Shown in pieces: positions 11,801 to 23,734 of a DNA stretch of 64,000 nucleotides. The DNA is taken from positions 30,814,001-30,878,000 of the forward strand of contig CATNEN010000038.1 of assembly GCA_950097015.1 (NCBI GenBank), given 5' to 3'. The position numbers and the translations under genes were made by a program. Positions within the stretch are counted from its first letter, which is position 1. Each line of letters opens with the position of its first letter. Source of the DNA: Macrostomum hystrix. Lineage: Eukaryota; Animalia; Platyhelminthes. The notes beneath the pieces are model-generated. The model was given only the letters and a program-made list of their open reading frames with translations, did not search any database and had not been told where the DNA came from.

Positions 11801-14800
11801 CAGGCTTTTAAAATCTCACCCCACTCTAGAAACACAGGCTTTCAAAATCTAACCCTCTTTTAGAAACACAGGCTTTTAAAATCTAACCCTCTTTTAGAAA
11901 CACAGGCTTTTAAAATCTAACCCTCTTTTAGAAACACAGGCTTTTAAAATCTAACCCTCTTTTAGAAACACAGGCTTTCAAAATCTAACCCTCTTTTAGA
12001 AACACAGGCTTTCAAAATCTAACCCCACTCTAGAAACACAGGCTTTCAAAATCTAACCCTCTTTTAGAAACACAGGCTTTTAAAATCTAACCCTCTTTTA
12101 GAAGCACAGGCCTTCAAAATCTCACCCCATTCAAGCAACTCAGGCCTTCAAAATCTCACCCCATTCAAGCAACTCAGGCCTTCAAAATCTCACCCCATTC
12201 AAGCAACTCAGGCCTTCAAAATCTCGTATTATTCTAACAACTCATTCAATAATCGAATACTTCGAATACAAACACGAACCTTCCAACAGTCCAGAGTCGG
12301 TCAGCCAGTCGGGCAGATTCAACGACTTGCTGAACTTCAATCGAGTCGGCACAGTTGCGTCCTGTTCAGCAGCCGCGTCGACTTCCGCAGGCATCGGCGC
12401 ATCCAATGATTCAAGAGTTAGCGAGGATTGCAAGTTGTAGTGCGACATGGACTCTTGCACCGAGGCGAGAAACCTGGAAAATATAAATTAATAGATTATT
12501 TGCTCTTTAGCTGCTGCTTCGATTCTAGCTACGGTTCCAGGAACGATTCTAGCTACGGTTCCAGGAACGATTCTAGCTACGGTTCCAGGAACGATTCTAG
12601 CTACGGTTCCAGGAACGATTCTAGCTACGGTTCCATGAACGATTCTAGCTACGGTTCCATGAACGATTCTAGCCACGGTTCCAGGAACGATTCTAGCTAA
12701 GATTCCAGGAACGTTTCTAGCTACGGTTCCAGGAACGATTCTAGCTACGGTTCCAGGAACGATTCTAGCTACGGTTCCAGGAACGATTCTAGCTACGGTT
12801 CCAGGAACGATTTTAGCCACGGTTCCTGGAACGATTTTAGCCACGGTTCCTGGAACGATTTTAGCCACGGTTCCTGGAACGATTCTAGCTACGGTTCCAT
12901 GAACGATTCTAGCTACGGTTCCAGGAACGATTCTAGCTACGGTTCCAGGAACGATTCTAGCTAAGATTCCAGGAACGATTCTAGATACGGTTCCAGGAAC
13001 GATTCTAGCTACGGTTCCAGGAACGATTCTAGCTACGGTTCCAGGAACTATTCTAGCTACGGTTCCAGGAACGATTCTAGCTACGGTTCCAGGAACTATT
13101 CTAGCTACGGTTCCAGGAACGATTCTAGCTACGGTTCCAGGAACGATTCTAGCTACGGTTCCAGGAACGATTCTAGCTAAGATTCCAGGAACTATTCTAG
13201 CTACGACTCCTCGTACGATTTTAGCCACGGTTCCTGGAACGATTTTAGCCACGGTTCCTGGAACGATTTTAGCCACGGTTCCTGGAACGATTTTAGCCAC
13301 GGTTCCTGGAACGATTCTAGCTACGGTTTCTGGAACGATTCTAGCTAAGATTCCAGGAACTATTCTAGCTACGACTCCTCGTACGATTTTAGCCACGGTT
13401 CCTGGAACGATTTTAGCCACGGTTCCTGGAACGATTCTAGCTACGGTTTCTGGAGCGATTCTAGCAACGGTTCCTGTAACGGTTCTAGCTACGTGTCCAG
13501 GAACGAGTCTAGCTACGATTCCTGGTACGATTCTAGCAACGGTTCCTGGTACGATTCTAGCAACGGTTCCTGTAACGGTTCTAGCCACGTGTCCAGGAAC
13601 GATTCTAGCTACGATTCCTGGTACGATTCTAGCTACGATTCCTGGTACGATTCTAGATACGATTCCTTGTGCGATTCTAGCTACGATTCCTGGATTGATT
13701 CTAGCTTCGGTTCCTAGTACGATTCTAGCTACGGTTCCTGGAACGATTCTAGGTACGGTACCTAGTGTTATTCTAGCTACGATTCCTGCTATAAATTCTG
13801 CTGCGATTCCAGTAACTGTTCCTACTACGATGCTGATTCCGGCTCTTGCTTCGATTCCCATTAGCCCACACCTGTGCGCCCATCGCTTGTGATCGCCCTT
13901 CTCGTTATCCTCCAACTCGCCGCCCAACAACAGCCGCCTGAGCGCAGCCAGGCAGTCTTCTGGTTGGGAGAAATTTTTATGCGTCCATATCAGCATCCCA
14001 GCGATGAGTCGACGGCTGCTGTTCTTTAATTGACTGCCACCGCCGCCGGCAGATTTCGGTAGCTGCACGCGAGAAAGAATGCACCGGCCAACAACCCCTC
14101 TGGACAGGTAGTCGTTGCCAATTAGGGTGGCGCACAACGGCAACAAGCTGGGATTTACCTGCGAATTTTTTATGATAAAATCAGTGAACTTTTAAGCTTA
14201 AAATTAAAGGTAAACGGCGTGAGTAACTATACCTAATATTTTTCTAAATCAATGCTTCGTCATATAAAAAGTAGCAGTAAAATGAGCAAGTACCTACTTA
14301 TAGTAGACGAATAAGTTAAAGTACCTTTCTACGCAGCGAAGGCAAGTAGAAATCTCTAACGCGATAGATTTGACAGTCTAGAAAAGGCCCAGTAGCTTGT
14401 TCATCGCTATCGTCCAACAGAGCTTTAGTCAGATGGAGGGTCTTTGTTAATATAACACCGCCGGGCAGGTCGAAGATGAGAAAATCGCTGTCATTAGTCA
14501 GGACAGGACAGTTGAGCTGGGCGGCCAGAGAGGCCAAGTGATGATCAGCGTCGCCGGAGGCGCTGACAATCAGATGGAATTTGAACTCGTCCACCACAGT
14601 GCTGGAGATTTGTGAAAGATAGATCTACACATTGTCAGAGAGATACTTTTTAAGGACTTATACGCTTGAATAATTCAAAATATAGCACCATTTTAATGAT
14701 GCAGATCTCCTCGTCTCATCCTTCTAGAAAAACAAGCTTTCAAAATCTCACCCCATTCTAGAAACACAAGCTTTCAAAGTCTCACCGATTCTAGAAACAC

Positions 14801-17492
14801 AAGCTTTCAAAATCTCAACCGATTCTAGAAACACAAGCTTCAGAATCTCACCCCCATTCTAGAAACACAAGCTTTCAAAATATCACCCCCATTCTAGAAA
14901 CACAAGCTTTCAAAATATCAAAATCTTCTAGAAACACAAGCTTTCAAAATCTCACCCTCTTCTAGACACAAGATTTCAAAATCTCACCCCCATTCTAGAA
15001 ACACAAGCTTTCAAAATCTCACCCGATTCTAGCAACACAAGCTTTCAAAATCTCAACCGATTCTAGAAACACAAGCTTCAGAATCTCACCCCCATTCTAG
15101 AAACACAAGCTTTCAAAATCTCACCCTCTTCTAGACACAAGATTTCAAAATCTCACCCCCATTCTAGAAACACAAGCTTTCAAAATCTCACCCGATTCTA
15201 GCAACACAAGCTTTCAAAATCTCAACCGATTCTAGAAACACAAGCTTCAGAATCTCACCCCCATTCTAGAAACACAAGCTTTCAAAATATCAAAATCTTC
15301 TAGAAACACAAGCTTTCAAAATATCAAAATCTTCTAGAAACACAAGCTTTCAAAATCTCACCCTCTTCTAGAAACACAAGCTTTCAAAATCTCACCCTTT
15401 TCTAGAAACACAAGCTTTCAAAATCTCATCCCATTCTAGGAACACAAGCTTTCAAAATCTCACCCGATTCTAGCAACACAAGCTTTAAAAATCTCACCCG
15501 ATTCTAGCAACACAAGCTTTCAAAATCTCACCCGATTCTAGAAACACAAGCTTTCAAAATCTCACCCCATTCTAGAAACACAAGCTTTCAAAATCTCACC
15601 CGATTCTAGCAACACAAGCTTTCAAAATCTCACCCTCTTCTAGAAACACAAGCTTTCAAAATCTCACCCTCTTCTAGAAACACAAGCTTTCAAAATCTCA
15701 ATATCCTCTAGAAACACAAGCTTTCAAAATCTCACCCCATTCTAGAAACACAAGCTTTCAAAATCTCTCCCGATTCTAGAAACACAAGCTTTCAAAATCT
15801 CACCCCATTCTAGAAACACAAGCTTTCAAAATCTCACCCGATTCTAGCAACACAAGCTTTCAAAATCTCACCCTCTTCTAGAAACACAAGCTTTCAAAAT
15901 CTCACCCTCTTCTAGAAACACAAGCTTTCAAAATCTCACCCTCTTCTAGAAACACAAGCTTTCAAAATCTCACCCTCTTCTAGAAACACAAGCTTTCAAA
16001 ATCTCAATATCCTCTAGAAACACAAGCTTTCAAAATCTCAATATCCTCTAGAAACACAAGCTTTCAAAATCTCAATATCCTCTAGAAACACAAGCTTTCA
16101 AAATCTCACCCTCTTCTAGAAACACAAGCTTTCAAAATCTCAATATCCTCTAGAAACACAAGCTTTCAAAATCTCACCCCATTCTAGAAAACAAGGCTTT
16201 CGAAACATTACACCCCCATTTACTCGTAAAGACACAGAATCGAAGTTCTTTACTTTAAAGGTGGTGATTGGCAGCGTTTGCCTCTCGCACTAAGGTCCCT
16301 GAGCTCGATTCCGCGGCGAGGCCACATTCATTTGGGGTGCAGCCGCGGAGAGAAGGCTTGGGGGCTTGTAGTGCAATTTAAGCCGTTAAGGGCCAACCTC
16401 TAAGGCACAGAGGGAGTGTACAGGGCCTAACGCTGAGAAAGCCAGGGCAGATGTGCACCCCTAGGTGTGAGTGTGGGCTCAGGTTGTCAGCGAAATGGGC
16501 AGAATTGCCTCCACACTGGCTGCCGGTCTAGTGTCACGAAATGATGTGCCACTGCCTCCACAGCAATCTTACAATTTTAATTATTCATATTTCCTAAAAA
16601 CTTGTAACTTTTACTGACAATTACAGAAGATTTCACTAACGCAATAAACACATCCATCGCCATCACTGGAAGCAGTCTATTGTTGCCATCTCCGCTGCCC
16701 TTAGCTCTGGCACCGCAGCCGCGTGACAGCTGGACACATTTTTTTACTCGGCGTTCGATTCGCACTCGCTGCTCACGCAGTTTTGGCCCGGCCCAGTCTT
16801 TGGCACCATCCAGAACAAATAGGGGAGTGAGGCCACACTCCACCAGATTGCTGAATGCTCGACGCAGCTCTCTGAGTTTGGAAACAGTTAACTGTTCAAT
16901 TCAGCACACTACATTAAAACAATTAGCAAGTTTAAATCTTCCATTCTGATAAACAGTATTTTTAGTATCCACTTCCCATTCTGATAAGTGCCCATTTTCA
17001 CATCTAATCCCTATACTGATAATTGGCGATTTTGCCATCTAATCCCCTTTACGATTCTCAAGCAACACAGAATTTGCCATTTTCCAAATATAATCCTTCA
17101 TATTGATAATTGTCTATTTTCCTATCAAATCCTTATCTGCAAATTAACAACTTTTCTGTTTAGAAACTTTATTTCTATTGATTTTTACATATTTTACCCA
17201 ACAATTTTACCACTTAAAGTCTTTTTATAACTTATGAGTTTCTCTACCCAATCCTACATAAATTTTTGTTCTCAAATTTTATGTAATTCAAAACATGAAT
17301 ACAAAGTTCTAGAAAGCCTCACCTGGCATATTGGCCATACTCCCCAGCAAAAAGGTAGTCTATTCTATGCAGATGGTACAAGTGATGAGCTAAATTGGCA
17401 GCATCAATCACAAGGTAACAGTGGCATAGTCTGTGCCTTTGTAGATTACTGCCATTCTGTAGCATATATGTCTGGAGACCCTGAACACCCAT
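8806..17492 (-). CDS. ASTE1: Asteroid homolog 1 (XPG/FEN1-like PIN-domain nuclease), 8 coding exons
   Basis: Exons 17492-17323, 16871-16641, 14601-14325, 14158-13872, 12473-12280, 10920-10570, 10031-9766 and 9018-8806 join in frame across GT-AG introns. Motifs MGVQGL, LVIDAANL, PLFVLDG, GDADHHLA, CPVLTNDSDFLIFDL and TLIGNDY are characteristic of Asteroid/XPG-N/I domains. Confidence 0.9.
9100..9750. repeat. 18-bp purine-rich minisatellite (AGAGTAGATAAGAGAGGG)n in ASTE1 intron 7
   Basis: Tandem copies visible. Confidence 0.95.
10205..10520. repeat. ~38-bp degenerate minisatellite (TTATCGATCGGGGTATGTACGCTCGGGGGGCAGGGGCG)n in ASTE1 intron 6
   Basis: TTATCGAT recurs at 10223, 10261 and 10299, followed by degenerate copies. 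Confidence 0.85.
11120..12225. repeat. 34-bp minisatellite (TAGAAACACAGGCTTTYAAAATCT...)n in ASTE1 intron 5
   Basis: About 32 tandem copies; same family as 14720-16200. Confidence 0.95.
12520..13860. repeat. 24-bp minisatellite (GATTCTAGCTACGGTTCCAGGAAC)n in ASTE1 intron 4
   Basis: About 55 tandem copies; source of the (ARIVPGTV)n ORF. Confidence 0.95.
14720..16200. repeat. 34-bp minisatellite (TAGAAACACAAGCTTTCAAAATCTCACCC....)n in ASTE1 intron 2
   Basis: About 43 tandem copies; variant of the intron-5 array. Confidence 0.95.
16260..16570 (+). mobile_element. SINE family B (tRNA-like head), near full length
   Basis: B-box-like GAGCTCGATTCC; body collinear with the reverse-strand copies at 22828-23050 and 51927-52240. 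Confidence 0.8.
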
Positions 17493-19359
17493 CAGATTTT
17501 TTGTTTTTTTAGAACTGAAATGAAATAAAGGATGTTTTAGCAAGTTAGCTATAGATAAACAAACTGCTATTTTTAATTCTAACCTAAAAATAATAATTAT
17601 GCAAATTCAAGGTCTAAAATTCTAGCTAATACCAGGCAACCCCCAAGCCTACATCTTTTGTTACATTTGTATACTACTTTAATTTAGCCCTAGCCCAAAA
17701 ATGTAACAGGTTGTCCAAGCATTTTTAGAATTGCTTTAATAGGCCAAGCAGGACCCAAAAAGTAAGGCCTAAAGCCCAATATTGCTTATTACTTCAATAA
17801 ATTATGTCAGTTACTGTAAAAAAATCTTTAGCTTAAAAATTACTAATGATTTAAATCTTTAGGTTAAAGTTGGTTAGAAATTATTGACCACTTTAGTTCT
17901 AAACTAAATGGCAATTTTCATGCATGATCAAGACTAAAAAGTAATTTCATGTTTGTTTTTTAGCTATTTTGAAATGAAAAACTGATATTATAGAAATTGA
18001 CAAAGGGTAAGTCAGTGGCGTACATCGGTGCACACGTGTAAGTTAAATCAAAACTATCGATTTCGGACCCGGGCATTTCGAACAAATCCTGTGATTCGAA
18101 TTTTGAAGGGTGGTTAAACAAACAAAAAAATATATTAGCTGTTAACTAAGTAAAACTTTACCATATTAGGTAAAAAGAAATAATTTAAAGAAAATTAAAA
18201 TATTTAATACAAATATATTTCTACTTCACTTTAACTGCGGATATGTGTGGTATATCGGTATACAGTATTTTATAAGAGGTTCCACAGCAAAACTATTAAA
18301 AGCCAAAATGAGTCTAGCGCCAAAACTTTTATTTTTACAAAGTTATGTGCCACAACCCAAAAGTAAATTTATTAGGTGATATAGGCGTATTAAAGCTTAT
18401 TTATATTACTGATAGCGTATCTGAGATAAAATCTGCTTTGACAAATTGGTTTAAACTAGTGGCGTTGAGTCCAACACCAAGTTTTAGTGTTCAGTAAGGT
18501 GTTATATTAGCAAAGTAATTTTTTAGTAGGTTAGACAGTGAAAGCATCAATGGTTCGGTCGATGCATGTTGTCCACCACTTGCAAATTAAGTAATTTTTA
18601 CTGTATTTCTACTTACTTTTTGTCTCCTAAACTAAAAAATACAAGGCATTGCTTATGTACACGCAATTTTAGTAGTGTGTGTACGTGAATGAAATGCGAG
18701 TGTGAATGCAGTGTGAGCTTCAGATCTAGTGTGAGGCTGAGTGAGAACGCTATAGAGTGAGTCTTCATTTTGGTTATAGTGCGTGATATAATATACTGTC
18801 GGTGGGAATGTGAAATCATAGTTCAATATTCTGTGAAGATTGGAACTGCATATCTGATTAGTTGATGAAATCGCTAATGAAATCTTTGTAGTTAGTGTTT
18901 TTTTATTTTAATCGTACATGTTTATCTTCAAATCTCAGGTGGTATTTGTTCTGACAGATTTAAAGCGGATTCTGACAGATCCGCTTTAAGAAGGTGGAAC
19001 AATTAAGAATTCATTTATTGTTGCGCAGCTCAATTCATTTAGAGTTTTCCATTTGTCTGGGCTGATAATTCTAAAAAGAATATACTTGAAGCAGGGTAAT
19101 TAATGGGCACTGCATCGCATCATTTTGTGTGTTATACTCAATATTATCAATCACTAAATGCACTATTAATTTCACTGACAAGTACCCTGTGTCGAATTGT
19201 CTATGTAAAATCAGATTGGACTACTTCTCTTTAGTCTCTGCATAATTACACAGCTTTAACCACTTTTGCTTATACTTTGAGGTTGAATTTTCCAACTTTT
19301 ATGACCAAAGTGGCGTAATATACATTCTTGCATATTTTCTTTGGGAGCTATCACCAGCC

Positions 19360-22300
19360 ATGTCGGACGACAGTAGAAAACAGTACGCCCTGAATCATCC
19401 AATCAGGGAGCTATTCGACAAGCTCCAGCTGAACACCGGCCCGTTTGAGTCTACGCATCCGCCGTTGGACACGAGATTTATGTCCATCTTTCAAAGACGC
19501 CTAGCTGACAGATTCCAGGAGATGGAACTACAGATGCAACTTAACGTCAAGCTGTCCTACTGCAAGCTACTGAGTGACGATACCGTCAATCATTTAGATA
19601 TTCTGTCGCCAGTGGAGTCGATGGCCGTGCGGCAGGTCGCGCAGAAGCTCGAGAAATACGGCGACACAGTCGATGCCGCCGCGAAACAGCCGGAAGATCC
19701 AAAGGGTGAAAAATTCTCTGTGGACGATTTGTTTGACGTCATCGCCATCGGAGTAAGAACCTCTAGACTCGCTTCTAAACTGGAGGAGATCAAGAAGCAG
19801 ATTCTCTCCGAGATTAACAATGGCGATTTAGCCGTCTCCATTTACTGCCAGTTGGCTGAATATATCAGCGGCAACAATGCTATTTTGCTGTTCACTCTCA
19901 TTACAAAGAAGGACGCATTTGTGTATATCAAGGGCGGCAAGCAGAGCTACCTGAATAATGATATGCTGGCTCTTCGATGCTCAACGAAAAAGCTTGTGCT
20001 AACCTTCTTAATGATATTGGAAGGATCCAACTCAGCGGTGTGGTCAGATGAAATTGAGTACCTGGAGCTTGTGTCAAGCAATGGACTTCATAGTCAAACT
20101 CTGATGGGCAAGAAGAACAGTTATCAGCAGTGAGTTTTTGGCTTCTAGTCGTTCGTTTTGTTCTTTTGTTAGTTCATAGTAAGTAAGTTAGTTAGTTAGT
20201 AGGTTATATATGTTTTGTTGTGCTCAATTATTCCTTAAAAATCGCGCCATGATTCTGTATTCTGCCACTTCTTACGCAGTATAATCTTCGCATTTGGCGA
20301 GTTTCCCGTCACCTCGGGCCTCCTGGACATCCTTGAGCGAGAGCAAGCCGCCACCGGCATGGCTGGCAAGCAGCAGAATCTGTTCTCCGACATGCACAGC
20401 AACTACGTGATGGATCTTCGGCGCAGTGCTGACAACGCCGACGGTGAAAAGAGCGGCCGAAATCGCGGGGCAATCATGCGCGACTTCAGCATGCGTGCGT
20501 CATTCCCAGAGAAAAACACTAAACGGTCTAATGAGCAGCAACAGCAGGTCTTTAACACTTTCGAGACAGCATTCACCAGCGATTTCAACCAGTCGAATAT
20601 TTCTGCAAGGGCAATCGAAGACTTGGTGGTGAGTTGATTTGACTGGGACTTCTGATACTAAGGTAACCGGGTCTTCTCGCACTTCGTACTCGCTAATGAT
20701 GTTACACAGTCCCCAATGCATCGCGGCCTCATGACTGATCGGAATGACATGCCGTCGGACAAGAGATTCATGGAAGTGAAGATGAAAAGCTCGCGCGTGC
20801 TAACCAACATAGACATGTTGCAGCGGACAGCGAAATTCCGGCGCTTAGCGAAGACATTTGTGCGAGTCGATTCCGCAGTTGAAAATAGTCAGTTTCCAAA
20901 GCTTGAGACGCGGTACGCCGAGCACAACTGCCAAGCTAGATTCATGTCACTCTCGTCGGCTTTTACTATCTTTGTGAGTTTTTTCTGTTTATTTAAATCT
21001 ATACAGAAGAAGTACCTAGATTCCCCCCTGATATATTTTCTGAGCCTGAACTCTGAGCCTGGACACCTCCGCACAGAAACTGCTCACAAAGAAAAAGTTG
21101 CTTAGCATTTTCACTGTTAACGAGTTACATACTTGATTGTGATCCAAAATTCATATTATAATCTATCCTTCAATAGCGCAGCGATCGAAGCAGCATCTGC
21201 TTCGACATGGAAGCTGAGAAGGTCCTACTCGAGACCGTCATGCTCAGAGACGTCTACATGCCCAGAGTTGTGATCGACAACCAGATTGTTGACTTTGATC
21301 GCTCAGTAAGCTTCCTGGAGAAGGCCTACGGTGTTGTGGTTCTGCGCAATCCTGGCATGCTGCCAGCCGAGTGGTGCTTCGTGCCGAGCTATGACACAAT
21401 GCGCTTTGGACCGCCAGGCATGCGCATCCAGCCGCAAAATGGAATTATTCCACCCGGCGGAGTTCAACTAGTGAAGCTGAAGCAGACGGTGAATGTGCAG
21501 GTGTTGCGCGATCCGACATGTTTAACGCAACACCTGATCATTCACGTCATGACGGGCGGTGACTACACTGTGAAGCCGCGCATTGCCTATCGACGCAGCT
21601 GCTTCGGTATGCCACTCGAGAAGCTGGTCCAGCTGGCGCAGCCTGTTGGCAGGTTTGCTCAGGCCGACATACTTCAGCAGCTGCTGCAGCAGGCGCAGCA
21701 TCAGCAGCCGCAGCCACTGAAGTATCAAGGCCAGCAGATTAAGCAACAACAGCAGCAACCAAACAACCAAACCAAGTCGCTTGCCGGAGCATCAATAAAG
21801 CTAAACGACCAGCGCCAAGCTGCTGCTTCAGGAACCATTCTGGACGACGAATCTGGAGCCGGTAGCTACAGCAACACTCGCTTTTTAATGAGCCAAGCAC
21901 TGAGCGCCAAGTACCGCTTCTACGCGCTCCCGTCACTAAATGCGCAAGCATCCCCCATGTACCGCTTCCTGATACCCAAGGAGTTAAACATTCTGGTAGA
22001 GACAGCTCGCAGGAGCTGCCTGAAAAAGCCTGACCTATTCAGGCGCGGTGGTTATCACCGAGACTTGCAGGAGATTCGCTGGCTACTTGACAATGTCGAG
22101 TCATGGAACGCAGAGAGTAGAATTTCCAGTGTCAGCGCCTACTCCATTCTGGAAGCAATTGTATTGTTCTTCGACTGCCTACCTGACAGTTTGTTTCCAT
22201 CGCAACTCTATTCTACCATCATGGACGCGTCTAAGAGCTTCAAAAACTCATTGGAGGTTAGTTGAACAGACACAATTCGATTGCAACTCTTCGTGACCGG

Positions 22301-23493
22301 ATAATTAGATAGAAAATGGTTACCTATTGCTGAGCTAGGCCAGATAAACAGCCAGCCAGTAGTCACGCCCACGTGGAAGTAGCGGCCCTCTAAAGCGCGC
22401 CACCCCCCCCCGAAGAATAAATCCTGGTTACGCTACTCACTTTGTACAGTCAGTGGCACAGCCGCAGCTATTGCTAGTTGCCTTCAAAGGTTGCATTATT
22501 TCTGTTCAGCCATTTTACGGCAGGGTTAACCGCAGGACTAGGGACTTAGGAGACTTAGGAGACTTAGGTGTCTCGCTTAAAGACTCAATTTTTTTCTACG
22601 AGGCTGAGATCTTGCTGAAAAACTGGATGACGGTAACGCTTGACGCAATGCATTATAATCGTTACTTTCCAAAACAACTTTCATTTGCAGATCTACAACA
22701 GCCTACCAGAGATAAACGCAAACGTATTTGTCTATCTAACCACTTTCCTGAAGCTGGTTCATTCGCACAGTTTTGAAAATGACACCGACCTCCCACTATT
22801 CGGTAAGTTTCATTTAACCAGTGTCCATAATAATAATTGCAGGAGGGCGGCGGGCGCGTCATTTGGTGACACTAGACCCGCAGCCAGCGAGGAGGCAATG
22901 CTGTCCATTTCGCTGAATTTTAAGCACACACTCACACAGGTGTGTACATCTGCCCTGACTTTCTCATCGTCAGGCAGTGTACACTCTCAATGTGGTCGGA
23001 GGTTGGCCCTATAAGGCGTAAATTTCTCGACAAGCCCCCAAACCTTCTCTCTGGGTCTAAAGTCTTGCTTTTAGATTTATATTCATTTTTCCTGAGCCCA
23101 ATGGGTTCAATGGGTGTCGTCCCCAGTCGTTGGACGGACTGAATATTCCTGGGCAGCCTTCAGATGCGCCACGCAATAGCTAAAAATTTGGCCAATCATT
23201 GGGCTTCATCGACCTTAAGGATTTCATCGTCCCTAAATCAGATACTCCATAATCGTTCAACCGATGCCAAAATCCAACATGCAGCCGATACCTTTGCCGA
23301 CGTATTAATTAAGCCACCGGCGGCGCTGAGCCTCTCGCAGATACCCAAATCTGATCGGGACAGCAAGAGAAAGTTTCTTGGCTACTTTCTAGCCAACGAT
23401 GTTAGCCACCTGTTCCAGGTTGAACTGCTGTTAACGCGGGACGAGTGTCCGCCTCTGGCTAGGCACCATCTCGTTCGAGGGGACACCAACTAG
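19360..23493 (+). CDS. OCRL/INPP5B-like protein with ASH and RhoGAP domains and no recognisable inositol 5-phosphatase motifs; 6 coding exons
   Basis: Exons 19360-20129, 20280-20628, 20710-20973, 21177-22256, 22691-22802 and 23285-23493 splice in frame. ASH-like LRNPG..PAEWCFVP, IQPQNGIIPPG, LIIHVMTGGDY, YRRSCFGMPLEKL; RhoGAP-like IPKEL, DLFR, EAIVLFFDCLPDSL, LPEINANVFVYL..FLK, FADVLIKPP. Confidence 0.85.
22828..23050 (-). mobile_element. SINE family B, 5'-truncated, in the last intron of the OCRL-like gene
   Basis: (TAA)n tail at 22828-22837; body matches 51927-52140. Confidence 0.85.
23100..23185 (+). mobile_element. Internal/3' fragment of SINE family A
   Basis: GGGTGTCGTCCCCAGTC...GGACTGAA...GCAGCCTTCAGATGCGCC matches the family A copies. 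Confidence 0.7.
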
Positions 23494-23734
23494 TGACAAA
23501 CGTTGACTGAAGTGCACTCAGTACTGTGAGCATCAGTTTGAGTGCTACAACTGTTATACTACTGTTAGTAACTGAATAACATGCATAAAGCTAAGCTAAT
23601 GATTATAAGATTGATTTATTTCTAGCAAGTATCGACTAAAATTATTCCGAAGAAACTGTTCGCAGAGGCGCAGCTGGTGGGCGAGGGGTGAAGGGCATTG
23701 GATCATCTCCCTCAATTTCGAATGATCGGCTTAC

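Noticed and set aside
18959-18988. Perfect 11-bp hairpin (TTAAAGCGGAT/ATCCGCTTTAA) as a Helitron end or terminator; similar isolated inverted repeat at 35483-35557
   Set aside because: No CTRR terminus, second copy, TSD or other supporting context.
22950-22985. Hammerhead ribozyme core (CTGACGA-TGA-GAAA on the minus strand) in SINE B
   Set aside because: There is no room for stem II, the flanks pair with each other as a simple hairpin, and the core is absent in the 52-kb copy.
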